IMG/VR virus record: IMGVR_UViG_3300036806_000054
Location: 1-54,811 of that record
Source: a virus
Lineage: Duplodnaviria; Caudoviricetes
DNA length: 54,811 nt
Direction: 5' to 3' (one strand)
Below, one piece after another: positions 10,331 through 19,737 of the stretch. Position 1 is the first letter of the stretch, and the number at the start of each line of letters is the position of its first letter. Below the pieces are notes generated by a model, which had not been told where the DNA came from, did no database searches, and saw only the letters and a program-made list of their open reading frames with translations. The position numbers were made by a program, and so were the translations under genes.

Positions 10331-10792
10331 GCGCCACACTTCCTCTGCGGCATTTCCGACAGCTAGTAAAAGATTGTCCGGCACTGTCACAAGGTTCTCT
10401 TTCGTCGGCGGAAAATCCTCGCCGTTGCGCTTCATTGGCTCGCCGTTCAAACTCCAACTCTTGAGCATGAAGGGAACAATCACACGCATGATCTCCACCG
10501 ATCCCGTGTCGAGATCGCTAAGCTCTCCGCGAAGCGTTTCTAGTTGTACCGCTTGCTCGTCTCCCAGCGGACAGAGAAGCTCAGCAGCTTCCAATGGCTG
10601 AATCTGCTTCTGAAGCGCCACGGCTTTAACGTGAGACTCACGATACCTTGCTGTAACATCGCGAAGTTCTTCGCCTTCCTCATGAGTAAGGCGAGAGATG
10701 CCCGCCGTATAAACTTCGAGGTTGATTGTCTTACCTAGAAATTCGCAAGTAGTCGCCTGAGTCGCATCAAGCAACATTGAAAGGTCATTCAT
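10232..10792 (-). CDS. Tail assembly chaperone (gpG-like)
   Basis: Lies between the tail tube and tape measure; LKSWSL motif; SD GGAG upstream. Confidence 0.7.
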   Translation of the reverse strand: MNDLSMLLDATQATTCEFLGKTINLEVYTAGISRLTHEEGEELRDVTARYRESHVKAVALQKQIQPLEAAELLCPLGDEQAVQLETLRGELSDLDTGSVEIMRVIVPFMLKSWSLNGEPMKRNGEDFPPTKENLVTVPDNLLLAVGNAAEEVWRNPTIAGSESGSAQTESLEKNQTETITNSTVSD

Positions 10793-10810
10793 TTGTCGGC
10801 TCTCCTAAAG

Positions 10811-11233
10811 TTATGCCCAAGTCGTGTGTGTTACCGCTCCGGTTTTCTGAAAGGTCGCAACGATCTCATCAATAGATTCCGGCGCAGCACTTAGCTTATA
10901 GTCCTTCAAGAACGCCTCTACTACCTTTTTAGCATTGCCTGTAGTTGTCCCCTCCGGCGAGACTTGCACCGTAACGCTTGAACTGTAGTTCGATGGTCGA
11001 ATTGAAGCTAAATGTGCTTCTGGCGTTGGATCGTAACGGAAATTAATAACCACATCATCTCCTCCGTCAAATCCCGGTATGAACGATTTGGAGGACGAGC
11101 CGAATACGGTTGTGTCCAGCATGTCTGTTGGGAAACCTAGATCGACCTTGTTTGCGTAGCCGGTTAAATCAACGAGAGTCCCGCCAGTCCCGTCGATCTG
11201 GATGTTCATTTTCTTGCCCGTGATTACAGCCAT
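10811..11233 (-). CDS. Major tail (tube) protein
   Basis: MAVITGK...DTTVFG..K.FIPG...PEG...F..TG, typical of siphovirus tube proteins. ATG 11233 has SD AAGGAG. Confidence 0.8.
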   Translation of the reverse strand: MAVITGKKMNIQIDGTGGTLVDLTGYANKVDLGFPTDMLDTTVFGSSSKSFIPGFDGGDDVVINFRYDPTPEAHLASIRPSNYSSSVTVQVSPEGTTTGNAKKVVEAFLKDYKLSAAPESIDEIVATFQKTGAVTHTTWA

Positions 11234-11255
11234 GATTGTTTCTCCTTTAGTCTTC

Positions 11256-11990
11256 TTACCTTCTTGCCAGCGAGACACTTGGAGTTATGCTCGAAGTTGT
11301 CCCATTTTCCGTGATTGTAATTCTCGTGTTTCGGTTTATGGTAGTTCCCGGCGCAATGACCACCCTCTGAAACCCATTCGTTAACGCCGTTACTGCCGCG
11401 AACGTAACCAGATCAGCATACGTCGATACGGCAGCATGTTGGATTTTAATAATCGCGCTAGGAGCCGCTCCTGTAATCGCTGAGACGTGAAGAAACGCAA
11501 CCCCTCCATTTGTTGTGGCCGCGCCGTTGTCTGAAGCCGATCCGGTATAAGGGAGCGAAGTTTCAGCGGTCAGAGCGTGGAGCGAGACGCCGAAATCGTA
11601 TCCATCGTTATCGGTAAACTCCGCTTTGTTCATTATTAGAGCGTCAATCTGCGCCCCGATGTCATGCTTATTCTGATGGGCTTGCAACAGATAAACCCGC
11701 TTGCCCAATGCCCATCCTTCTGGAAATGCGCTAACGATTGGAACTACAGACGCGGATTCAAGTGAAGCAAAGACACTATCAGGGTTTCCGGTGGTAGGGG
11801 TAGCTTCAAACAACCCCTCAAACCCGACCGTGCCAGATTGAATCCCCGGAATAGAAGTCTTAGACGTGCTTCCGAAAACGGTCGAATCATACATGCTCGT
11901 TTGACAATCAATATCCATCTTCCGAAAATACCCCGTAAGATCATATTGGTTAACTAAAATCTTAAGTGTGGTTCCTGTTACGATTGCCAT
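11256..11990 (-). CDS. Second tail-tube-like protein with extra C-terminal beta domain
   Basis: N-terminal half is paralogous to 10811..11233 (DLTGY, D.TVFG.TSK..IPG, PEG). Confidence 0.7.
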   Translation of the reverse strand: MAIVTGTTLKILVNQYDLTGYFRKMDIDCQTSMYDSTVFGSTSKTSIPGIQSGTVGFEGLFEATPTTGNPDSVFASLESASVVPIVSAFPEGWALGKRVYLLQAHQNKHDIGAQIDALIMNKAEFTDNDGYDFGVSLHALTAETSLPYTGSASDNGAATTNGGVAFLHVSAITGAAPSAIIKIQHAAVSTYADLVTFAAVTALTNGFQRVVIAPGTTINRNTRITITENGTTSSITPSVSLARR

Positions 11991-12799
11991 ACGCCCTCCT
12001 CAATTTCCGGTTGCCCCTTTTCTTGCCATCCACTGATATATTGAAACATTGGAGTAAAGTCAGGCTTCGGCCAAGTGATAATCCTTTGCAAGTGCCCGAT
12101 CCTTACCTCATTTGCAAGACAGACATTCCAGCCAACAGACATCGCATTAAGCCAGAAATAAATATCTTCATCAATATGTCCGGCTTCCCACTCGCCATTC
12201 AGATCGGGAATAGCTTTCATCCACGGCTTATGGAGTTTAGCTAGAGATGAAGTCCTGATAATCGTTAACCCAAAATGCCCCGTGGCGATCTTCGTCAATG
12301 GCCTCATAAACTCATCGGCCTTAACACTGAGAACCCCAAACTTATCGCTGTCAGTCCACATCGTAAACATCGAAGCATTCGCTTCACGCTTAACTTGCAC
12401 GGGCACAATCGCATCGACATCGGGATTCTCAGTCATCAGTTGATAAAGTCTTGCAACGTGTTCCTTGTTGAAAATCGAGTCGTAGTCAAGAGTTATGACA
12501 TATTCAATTTCCCGTTCTGCGCAGAGCTTCAGAAGCCTCGACAACCCCTGCCCCCAGAACACACCTGAATCAACCAGCATCCCGATCCCTAGCGACATAA
12601 AGACGGTTTGGGCGCATTTGAAGTTATCCGTCCATCCGAGACGCGGACAAGACATGATCGCCACAATCTTAGGCACTTCACCATCAGGCAATCGCTTAAT
12701 GTCTTGAGGCATAGAGATAGCTTGAGCGCGGCGCCAGTCGTCAATTAAGGTTTCGGGAATGTGGCCGTTACCGTTCATGTGTGATCTGTTTGAAATCAT
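11978..12799 (-). CDS. Glycosyltransferase-like protein (GT-A fold)
   Basis: YVITLDYD (DxD), TGHFGLTII, KPW, DEDIYF, and V.IGH motifs. Confidence 0.75.
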   Translation of the reverse strand: MISNRSHMNGNGHIPETLIDDWRRAQAISMPQDIKRLPDGEVPKIVAIMSCPRLGWTDNFKCAQTVFMSLGIGMLVDSGVFWGQGLSRLLKLCAEREIEYVITLDYDSIFNKEHVARLYQLMTENPDVDAIVPVQVKREANASMFTMWTDSDKFGVLSVKADEFMRPLTKIATGHFGLTIIRTSSLAKLHKPWMKAIPDLNGEWEAGHIDEDIYFWLNAMSVGWNVCLANEVRIGHLQRIITWPKPDFTPMFQYISGWQEKGQPEIEEGVWQS

Positions 12800-13073
12800 A
12801 ATAGAGAATCTTGTTAAGCCAGTGAGTTATCCGCAACCGCCGAGGAAGTACAATTTTCACCCGCCCGCATAACACTTCCTTAGCTACTCTTGCGCTAGTA
12901 TGCCCAATGGAAATAGCTTCGATATAAAACTTGCCCATCTTATCAACACAATAGCAATACGCTTCACCTCGCCGCCCATCAGCACCGTAGCAGCGAGAAG
13001 AAATATCTAGCCCGTCAAGCAATACCTTAGCGTGTGTCGCGATACGAGGATCATCTTGAATAAAGACTCTCAT
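12768..13073 (-). CDS. Hypothetical protein
   Basis: Coupled ORF in the tail operon. Confidence 0.55.
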   Translation of the reverse strand: MRVFIQDDPRIATHAKVLLDGLDISSRCYGADGRRGEAYCYCVDKMGKFYIEAISIGHTSARVAKEVLCGRVKIVLPRRLRITHWLNKILYYDFKQITHER

Positions 13074-13222
13074 GCTTCCTTAATATCCCCGCTTGCCAGC
13101 AATGCTTTGATGTCCTCAGGATCGATGCCAACAGGAACAGGCTCCCCCGGCTTAACCTCTGGCTTGCCTTTTAATCCATCGCAATAAACCGCATTCACCG
13201 CGACATACTTTTTCGCCTTCAC
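13070..13222 (-). CDS. Small hypothetical virion-operon protein (50 aa)
   Basis: Not in the ORF track; GTG start overlaps the upstream stop; MKAKKYVAVNAVYCDGL...DIKALLASGDIKEA. Confidence 0.65.
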   Translation of the reverse strand: MKAKKYVAVNAVYCDGLKGKPEVKPGEPVPVGIDPEDIKALLASGDIKEA

Positions 13223-13653
13223 GCTATCCATATCTCTACCAACACTCCTCTTCCGTAGATATATCTTTGCCCCGTTACGTCTCTTTCCTTTGTGGGCGGA
13301 TAAGAGCGATCAAACCGACACCCTAAAAACGTATGACCCGAAACGCTCATGTTCGGATTAGTCAAAATAGTTTTCAACCTGTCTGCGATTTTCGCTACTC
13401 TCAAAACTCCCGAATCACCGTTAGGGTTATCAACCGCAAACCCTCGAAACATGTAATAGAAGTGATCGGCCTGAAGCGTATTCCCAAACGCATAAAAGGC
13501 TAGATCATTCGCTTCCTGAAATATCAGATAAGGCGGCGTCAGTCCTTCAGCATCTAACTGTGCAATCCCTCCTGATGCCAACGATGCAACGCCTACGTTT
13601 GCCGTGCTGTCGGCGTCTAGGATTGCTTTAATTGCTACGTCCAAAGCATTCAT
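13219..13653 (-). CDS. Tail terminator/completion protein
   Basis: Size, position, PYLIF motif, and IADR.K..L pattern. Confidence 0.7.
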   Translation of the reverse strand: MNALDVAIKAILDADSTANVGVASLASGGIAQLDAEGLTPPYLIFQEANDLAFYAFGNTLQADHFYYMFRGFAVDNPNGDSGVLRVAKIADRLKTILTNPNMSVSGHTFLGCRFDRSYPPTKERDVTGQRYIYGRGVLVEIWIA

Positions 13654-14054
13654 CAGAACCCTCGACCTTTGCGTCCTGTAACGCCGTGATATTCGGTCAA
13701 TGCTGCTTTAATAACTCCCGGCCCCGCCGTCCCTGACGATCTCGTATAAATGAATTGCTTGAACTTTTCTTTAGTCACCAAAAATGCCCGCGTGAACCAG
13801 AGGTTGCCATGTTGCCCTACATCCTGAAATCCCGAGTAGGGAGCCAGCGCTCTCAGTTCAGCGAAAAGACTATTAGGCGTGGCCGCTACTGTAACGCCTG
13901 TCGAGTCGCGCATGAATCCAGTATCTACCGCTGCGTTTTTTTGTGCTTCAGTAACAAAGAAGCTCGCGGCATTATTCAACCCATTCGCCACTTGCTCTTT
14001 CAACGCGGCTACCACCTTGTCTTTATTATCAATTAAACGGTAGCCCATAATCAC
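13653..14054 (-). CDS. HK97 gp10-like neck protein
   Basis: A.VDTGFMRDS...APYS motif. Confidence 0.75.
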   Translation of the reverse strand: MIMGYRLIDNKDKVVAALKEQVANGLNNAASFFVTEAQKNAAVDTGFMRDSTGVTVAATPNSLFAELRALAPYSGFQDVGQHGNLWFTRAFLVTKEKFKQFIYTRSSGTAGPGVIKAALTEYHGVTGRKGRGF

Positions 14055-14128
14055 ACGAAAGCCTTTAGCGAAGAGCCGACTTTCGCCTGTGGCCTTCGCG
14101 TTCTTCTCGCAGGAAACAGCGAGAATCT

Positions 14129-14521
14129 CTATTCAGTTGACGACGCCAGAATCTTAATCACTCCCGGCGCTCGTTGGATTGCTTCGATCGTAAAAGTCTT
14201 GGCTGAGAATCCATCTCTCGCGGCTACAACGGCTAAACATGATGCGTCAACATCAATGAAGTCGGAGCCAGTCTGAGAAGGAACAAACAACGCATAGAGA
14301 GTGCCTTTGATCGGCTTCTCCCCTGCTAATTTCTCTCGCTCATTCGGACGTGCCGGGCGATAACTACAAGGAACGCTTGCTGGGCTTGTACTGGTTATCG
14401 TTCTCCCGTGCCCGCCAGATGAATCAATCGTTATCGCGGGACGAGAAAAGGTCACGCTATCCTGCATGAACTGCGTCGCCACGCCTACCGCTCGATTGAT
14501 CTGTGTTTGTAGTCCACTCAT
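14129..14521 (-). CDS. Head closure/head-tail joining protein
   Basis: Position and D..GG...T...VPC pattern. Confidence 0.65.
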   Translation of the reverse strand: MSGLQTQINRAVGVATQFMQDSVTFSRPAITIDSSGGHGRTITSTSPASVPCSYRPARPNEREKLAGEKPIKGTLYALFVPSQTGSDFIDVDASCLAVVAARDGFSAKTFTIEAIQRAPGVIKILASSTE

Positions 14522-15036
14522 CCGCGCACCATAGGAACACCCGAAACATTCAATCTAAACCCTCGCAGCAAGGCGGCGATCCGAGAGGGAATCACTCCCG
14601 CCGATGACTCCTTGAAACTCACCGTTAGAATGTCGCCCACCTTGACTTCGCTTAAATCGCCGACGTTCCCCGTCTCAATATCCATTGAACTCAGCATGTC
14701 TTGTGCTAACTCACAGGTTGCATCCTTAATGAGTTGTGGGATTTCTGTAGTCGTGTAGTACGAAGCAAACGAGCCATAAGAAACATTCGAGTCCGGCTTT
14801 GGAACCATGAAGCGCGGAAATCTAAGCCTCTGGGTTGTGCTCGCTCGTCCGCCAACATAATCATACTCATCAAGTTTCGCTGTCGCGGTAATCAGCGCCT
14901 TTTCTTTATCTGCATCTTCAGCGGCGTCCCAAACAGAGGTATTCAATCGAGTCTCAAAATAGGTATTGCCTTCTGCGAGCGTGGCATAACTATTAGAACT
15001 TGCGCCTCCAACCGTGCTGTCGATAACCGTACTCAT
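14518..15036 (-). CDS. Head-tail adaptor (DnaT-like ssDNA-binding domain family)
   Basis: NSYATLAE...YF...KEKALI.AT...Q.L.FPR...IP..IK.A.CELA. Confidence 0.85.
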   Translation of the reverse strand: MSTVIDSTVGGASSNSYATLAEGNTYFETRLNTSVWDAAEDADKEKALITATAKLDEYDYVGGRASTTQRLRFPRFMVPKPDSNVSYGSFASYYTTTEIPQLIKDATCELAQDMLSSMDIETGNVGDLSEVKVGDILTVSFKESSAGVIPSRIAALLRGFRLNVSGVPMVRG

Positions 15037-15091
15037 TGACTATTCAACTTTGGCCTTTTCTCTCTCTGCAATCTCTGCTTGTCGGCGTGCC

Positions 15092-16699
15092 TTAGGGCGA
15101 GGTTGGAGTAGCAACCGTAAGGTAAATTTCCACGATGCCAGTAGTATTTCCAGAGCCGCCCGCTGCTTGAATGCCCGCATAAATACTAGTAGCGTGTAGA
15201 CATTTTCTTGGTAAACTTCCGGTATAAGGTAGCGGCGCATCAACGATCATAGCCGATGACGCTTGCTCTTGCCCTGCATTATTTGCCGCCCCGCCCCAAT
15301 TGGTTTGCGTAGTGGCATCGTCAAGGTGCTGGTAAACCTCTATAGGATCAAGAAACTCATCTCCCATTGAGTCGTAATAGCCGAGACGGGCACTTGAATC
15401 TTGAAATGCTTCAATCCGATCAATCACCACATCCATCCACCAATCACCCGGTTGAAAGCCGGTGAAATTAGGGCCAATGAGTACCTTTTCAATATCGGCA
15501 TTTGTAATGAAGATATCCACTGCTGCCGGAGTATTCGCTGCTGTAATATCAAACGTTGCTCCAGTTCCAGTCACGCTCCCGCTGGATGCAACACCGTTCG
15601 CGGTCGTGTAACCCGTGCCCGGAGCGGTAATAGAGACTCCAGTGATTATGCCGCCCGGATCAACCGAGTCTACATTCAGCGTAGCATCGCCATTCCCGCC
15701 TGCCACTGTGAGCGCGTCATTAACCTGATAGAGCACGCCGCCAGCGTTGGTGGCTGCGGCAGTTAGATGGCCATCACCTAGCGTGAGATTGTTTGTTCCC
15801 GTGGTAATGAGCGTCGGAATAATTGAATCATCAATCACACAGTCAAGAGCGCCCGGATTGCCACTAAACGGCATGTTACCTGCGCCAACGGAAGGCAGCG
15901 CCTCGAACGCAGCCGTGTAATCATCTGCCACCGCATCAAAGGCAATCGCGGTTGTTTCTTCCCCATTGAAAATATAAGCACAATCGCCACCATCGGCAGT
16001 GAATACGATTGTCTGTTGCTGCACTCCATAGATAGTCCACGGGCCGATCAAGCGAACCGCGCCCGCGGCCGAACCTCCGCCATCCGCTCCCTTATAATTC
16101 TTCCACAGTCCCGCAAAGTCACTTGCCTGTGGAGCTTCTATTTCAGTGTCCGTTGGAAGAACCGCGATGAAGTTCAGATCGGGATCGAAGGTGAGCGTGA
16201 AGTCAGCGCCTTGATCGTCGCTCGCGTAGGCGATATAGACGAAGGCAGAAGCACCCGGAGGCACATAAAGTTTATCGTCTTCTCCTGTGACTAGAGCGTT
16301 GTCTGGGCCAGAGGAAATGAGATCGGTTGACAGTTGTGCAGGAGTGCGATTTGTCCAAACACCTGACTTCCGTTGAATGACATCATCATCAGAAGCCGAA
16401 GCGTCGGCAATCTCTTGAAGGTCAAGATCATAGGCTTGAATGTTTGTTCCTACCGCAGATAGCCCTTGCGTAACAGTCAGAAATCCAGCAGAGGGAATAA
16501 CATCAAACCGTGTGATCGTCGGAAATGGCCCGACCGTCTTGGTTTCGCTTGCAGCTACAGAGGTAGGGGATTGAGGCGCACTCCCAGCACTATCACCCAA
16601 ACGCCAAATAGTTCCAGCAGAGACGCTATCAGCCACAACCGATAACGTCTCGCCGGGGTTTAAGTAGAACGTCCGATGTTCAGGAGCGGTAATGATCAT
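15092..16699 (-). CDS. Large acidic head-associated protein (decoration/head fibre candidate)
   Basis: 535 aa, Gly/Thr/Asp-rich with PGTGYT-type motifs; lies between the capsid and adaptor genes. Confidence 0.55.
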   Translation of the reverse strand: MIITAPEHRTFYLNPGETLSVVADSVSAGTIWRLGDSAGSAPQSPTSVAASETKTVGPFPTITRFDVIPSAGFLTVTQGLSAVGTNIQAYDLDLQEIADASASDDDVIQRKSGVWTNRTPAQLSTDLISSGPDNALVTGEDDKLYVPPGASAFVYIAYASDDQGADFTLTFDPDLNFIAVLPTDTEIEAPQASDFAGLWKNYKGADGGGSAAGAVRLIGPWTIYGVQQQTIVFTADGGDCAYIFNGEETTAIAFDAVADDYTAAFEALPSVGAGNMPFSGNPGALDCVIDDSIIPTLITTGTNNLTLGDGHLTAAATNAGGVLYQVNDALTVAGGNGDATLNVDSVDPGGIITGVSITAPGTGYTTANGVASSGSVTGTGATFDITAANTPAAVDIFITNADIEKVLIGPNFTGFQPGDWWMDVVIDRIEAFQDSSARLGYYDSMGDEFLDPIEVYQHLDDATTQTNWGGAANNAGQEQASSAMIVDAPLPYTGSLPRKCLHATSIYAGIQAAGGSGNTTGIVEIYLTVATPTSP

Positions 16700-17028
16700 T
16701 CTTGTTCTTCCTCGGCCTCAGATGATTCGTTCATGGCCGCTCGAATCTTTTCAGCCGTAGCTTCACCGATCCCCGATACGGTGGTGAGATCGTCTAGCCG
16801 TTTTCTGACTTTGGCGTAAGTCGTTAAGCCCTCAGCTTCCAAAGCCGACAAGCCCGGAAAATCTTCTGGCAACTTCCCTTTTAGTGCTTTGGCTGGAACG
16901 AGATTAGGCGGGAGTACGCCCTTAACGTATCCCGCCTTCTCAAAAGCCACAACATCAGCATCAGGCACTTCCCTTTGCACAAAGTTCCCGCCCTCGCTAA
17001 ACGCGGGGCCGTACATCGTCACGCTCAT
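16696..17028 (-). CDS. Small protein with helix-hairpin-helix motif
   Basis: LTTVSGIGEATAEKI HhH motif; directly downstream of the capsid gene. Confidence 0.75.
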   Translation of the reverse strand: MSVTMYGPAFSEGGNFVQREVPDADVVAFEKAGYVKGVLPPNLVPAKALKGKLPEDFPGLSALEAEGLTTYAKVRKRLDDLTTVSGIGEATAEKIRAAMNESSEAEEEQE

Positions 17029-17043
17029 CAGAATCCTCCTCTC

Positions 17044-18216
17044 TTAGCCAATCAAAGTCGCGATGAAATCGGACTTCACGGCCTTGACGCCGTAGAGTAC
17101 GCGAAGTTCAAACGAACTCTGCATGTATTGAGGGTAACGGGCGAACTGGAATACCAAACCCGAGAAAGCGTCTGTCACCGTAACAGTTTCGGCTTGCGCG
17201 GCATCGTCACCCGTGTCTGGCGCTCTCATAATCAAGTGCAGGGCGTTACGATGAAATGCCACGTTCGGAGTATAGGTCGCCGTGGTGGTAAAGGCATGAG
17301 TGGCCGCTGACAGCGTTCCACGTAGGCCCGGAGTATTCAATACTACCGTCCCGCCGTTGGACACGTCAGTATCCCCGGTTTTGACGACGTATTTCACCGC
17401 CGAAGCATCACCAGTAATCGCGATGATGTCGCCCGCGAGAATCGTTCCAGTACCGTTTGAATCGAGCGTCAGCGTGGTTGCGCCGACTGCATAACCCGAC
17501 GCATCAGATCGCCCGCCTGAGTTTGTACCGGCAGTAACCGGAGCAATCGGATAGGAATTATGGACATCCAACCCCATGACCTCACCGATTCGTCCGCGTC
17601 GCAGCGTCTCACTTGTGCCAGCCTCGTTCACCTTAAAGAGAACCGACTGTTTTCCGCGAAGATTGACCATCGCCGCACCGCCAACCACAAGATGCCGATC
17701 CATCTCTGGCGTGCCGTTGTCGTCAAGAATCTTTTGAATGTTCGCGAAATCAGTCAGGTCGTTTGCCGTGCCAAAAGGCGCAACAGTCGCGGAACCATAG
17801 CCACGAGACGATCCTTTGTAGGCCGCGACCCACATCGAGGACTCAATCTCATTCACGAGCGTTCGCATGGCCTGCTCAAGCGTTTGCCCGACAATATCGC
17901 TATAGGGCGCGATGTCGCCGTTGTTCAAAGCTCGCCGCTCTTCACCCGTCCAGTTCCATGAGACTTTCCGAAGATTGTCCATGACGATAGACCCTGCGGC
18001 CTGTGTGATGTCGGTACCAGCCGGAGCAGTCGCAGCCGGAGCTACCGCCGCCGCCGCCAATGCCGGGACGATAGGATAATTAATAACCTGATTGTAGCCC
18101 GCGCGTTGTGCAGAGGCGTTTTTGTAACAAGCCGGAATGAATCCAACTAGCTCACGTCCCACTGTGTTTGCGCGGTCTTGGAGGATCGGAAGGATCGCAG
18201 AAATCGTGTTCGACAT
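17044..18216 (-). CDS. Major capsid protein (P22 coat-like family)
   Basis: 390 aa after the scaffold gene; NVAFHRNA..L and LYGVK C-terminal motifs; SD AGGAG. Confidence 0.9.
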   Translation of the reverse strand: MSNTISAILPILQDRANTVGRELVGFIPACYKNASAQRAGYNQVINYPIVPALAAAAVAPAATAPAGTDITQAAGSIVMDNLRKVSWNWTGEERRALNNGDIAPYSDIVGQTLEQAMRTLVNEIESSMWVAAYKGSSRGYGSATVAPFGTANDLTDFANIQKILDDNGTPEMDRHLVVGGAAMVNLRGKQSVLFKVNEAGTSETLRRGRIGEVMGLDVHNSYPIAPVTAGTNSGGRSDASGYAVGATTLTLDSNGTGTILAGDIIAITGDASAVKYVVKTGDTDVSNGGTVVLNTPGLRGTLSAATHAFTTTATYTPNVAFHRNALHLIMRAPDTGDDAAQAETVTVTDAFSGLVFQFARYPQYMQSSFELRVLYGVKAVKSDFIATLIG

Positions 18217-18299
18217 ACTCTTCTCCTAATGAAATGTAATGTTGAGAATTCCCAACACTGACACCATCAGTGAAGAGCCGACATTCGCCCGGAATGCCT

Positions 18300-19028
18300 C
18301 TACGCGGCTATCTTGCCGCCATCCTTAAAGAACTGAGTGCTTTCTTGCGCGGTCATCTTTTGCTGCTCGTCAACGGTGATAACCCGACCACCATTCTTGC
18401 CGCCATTTGTTTGAGTCGCGCCGCTACCGCCCGCATTGGTAGCTTGATAAAACTTAGGATGCTCTTGCTTGTAAACTTCCCCGAAATACTTGTCCAATGT
18501 TAGCTCAGTCGGATCGCCGTCTTTATCCAGAACAACTACTTTTCGTTTGTCGTTCAACTTAAAACGAGGACTCGTATGACTTAATACAATGTCGATATCA
18601 TCCGCTAATACCCCGGCTTTTAATGCCGCATCCCTGACGGGATTAATCAATTCAAACCTGTCTAGCCGAGCATTGCGTTCTGTGATTTGCTGTTCGAGCG
18701 TCACCCGCTCGTCTTTCCACTCTTTTTCTTTCTTGGCGAGAACGCGATCATACTCACCCTTATCAACAAGCTCTTTATCGTCCAGTTCCTGCAACTTGAG
18801 AAGGGCTGCGCGCGCCTTTTCAGGATCGAGGTCTTTATACTTCTCGGCCTCGCCAGCCAATCGCTTGCGCTCTTTCTTCTCTTTTTCAAAGGCTGACTTC
18901 AAGCCTGTTACATCTTCAATGCCTTCGCCTTGAAGAATGTAATCCTCGCCAATTGCTTTGTAATGCTCTTTGAGCGCATCGGCCAGAGCATCAAACTCGG
19001 CCTTCGTTAACTTGAATTTCAATGCCAT
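18300..19028 (-). CDS. Capsid scaffolding protein
   Basis: Coiled-coil, EDVTGLKSA motif, P.FY...GGSGA tail. Confidence 0.85.
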   Translation of the reverse strand: MALKFKLTKAEFDALADALKEHYKAIGEDYILQGEGIEDVTGLKSAFEKEKKERKRLAGEAEKYKDLDPEKARAALLKLQELDDKELVDKGEYDRVLAKKEKEWKDERVTLEQQITERNARLDRFELINPVRDAALKAGVLADDIDIVLSHTSPRFKLNDKRKVVVLDKDGDPTELTLDKYFGEVYKQEHPKFYQATNAGGSGATQTNGGKNGGRVITVDEQQKMTAQESTQFFKDGGKIAA

Positions 19029-19117
19029 TTACAGGGAACTCGTCCTTTGATGGTTTTGTGGCTCTCGGCCATTTCGCAAGAGTGTACGCCTAAAGATTCT
19101 CGTTTTGCAACAACTTT

Positions 19118-19465
19118 TTATTCGAGCAAGTCAGAATCAAGAATTGAATCGTCAGATCGCATCCTGAGTTCGACGGGAATACCTAAACTCACCTCACCTG
19201 TTTGGATTGCTTCCCGCGCTACCTCGCTCATGCGCTCATAGCACTTCTGAGACATATCTAGTTGGCCGCGCAACGAGGCATTCTCAATCTCGGCTCCCAT
19301 TCTTTCTTGTTCTGATTGTGCCCAAAGAGAAGCATTGTAGTTTGCCGAAGTGGCATTGAGATTCGCCGAGATAATCGCGGCATCTTTTGCGCGACGATCC
19401 CTAGAAAACGCCCGGAGCATTGTTAGCAGAACGCCGAACATGAAACCGATTAACATTTCGCGCAT
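19118..19465 (-). CDS. Hypothetical protein with N-terminal TM helix and coiled coil
   Basis: ORF track; hydrophobic N-terminus. Confidence 0.55.
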   Translation of the reverse strand: MREMLIGFMFGVLLTMLRAFSRDRRAKDAAIISANLNATSANYNASLWAQSEQERMGAEIENASLRGQLDMSQKCYERMSEVAREAIQTGEVSLGIPVELRMRSDDSILDSDLLE

Positions 19466-19548
19466 TTGAATTAATTATTCGAGCGGCGTTCCAGCAGAGA
19501 TTCCCAGACTGAGCAGAATTGGATTAAACATAAATGCTCCGATCTATC

Positions 19549-19737
19549 TCAAGAGGCTTTACAAGCAAACTCATCACTGACAACAGTAATATCAAGACCG
19601 AATACGCGATCCGCAAAGGGCAAATAAATCACGAAGCCTCGTCCAATTTCAAGCATGGACGGGCTACGGCCCTTCTCACGCTCGCAACGTAAGCACTCTG
19701 CAATTAACCGCATAATAGCATTTTGCGTTTCAAGCAT
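19549..19737 (-). CDS. Hypothetical protein
   Basis: Coupled to the minor head gene. Confidence 0.5.
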   Translation of the reverse strand: MLETQNAIMRLIAECLRCEREKGRSPSMLEIGRGFVIYLPFADRVFGLDITVVSDEFACKAS

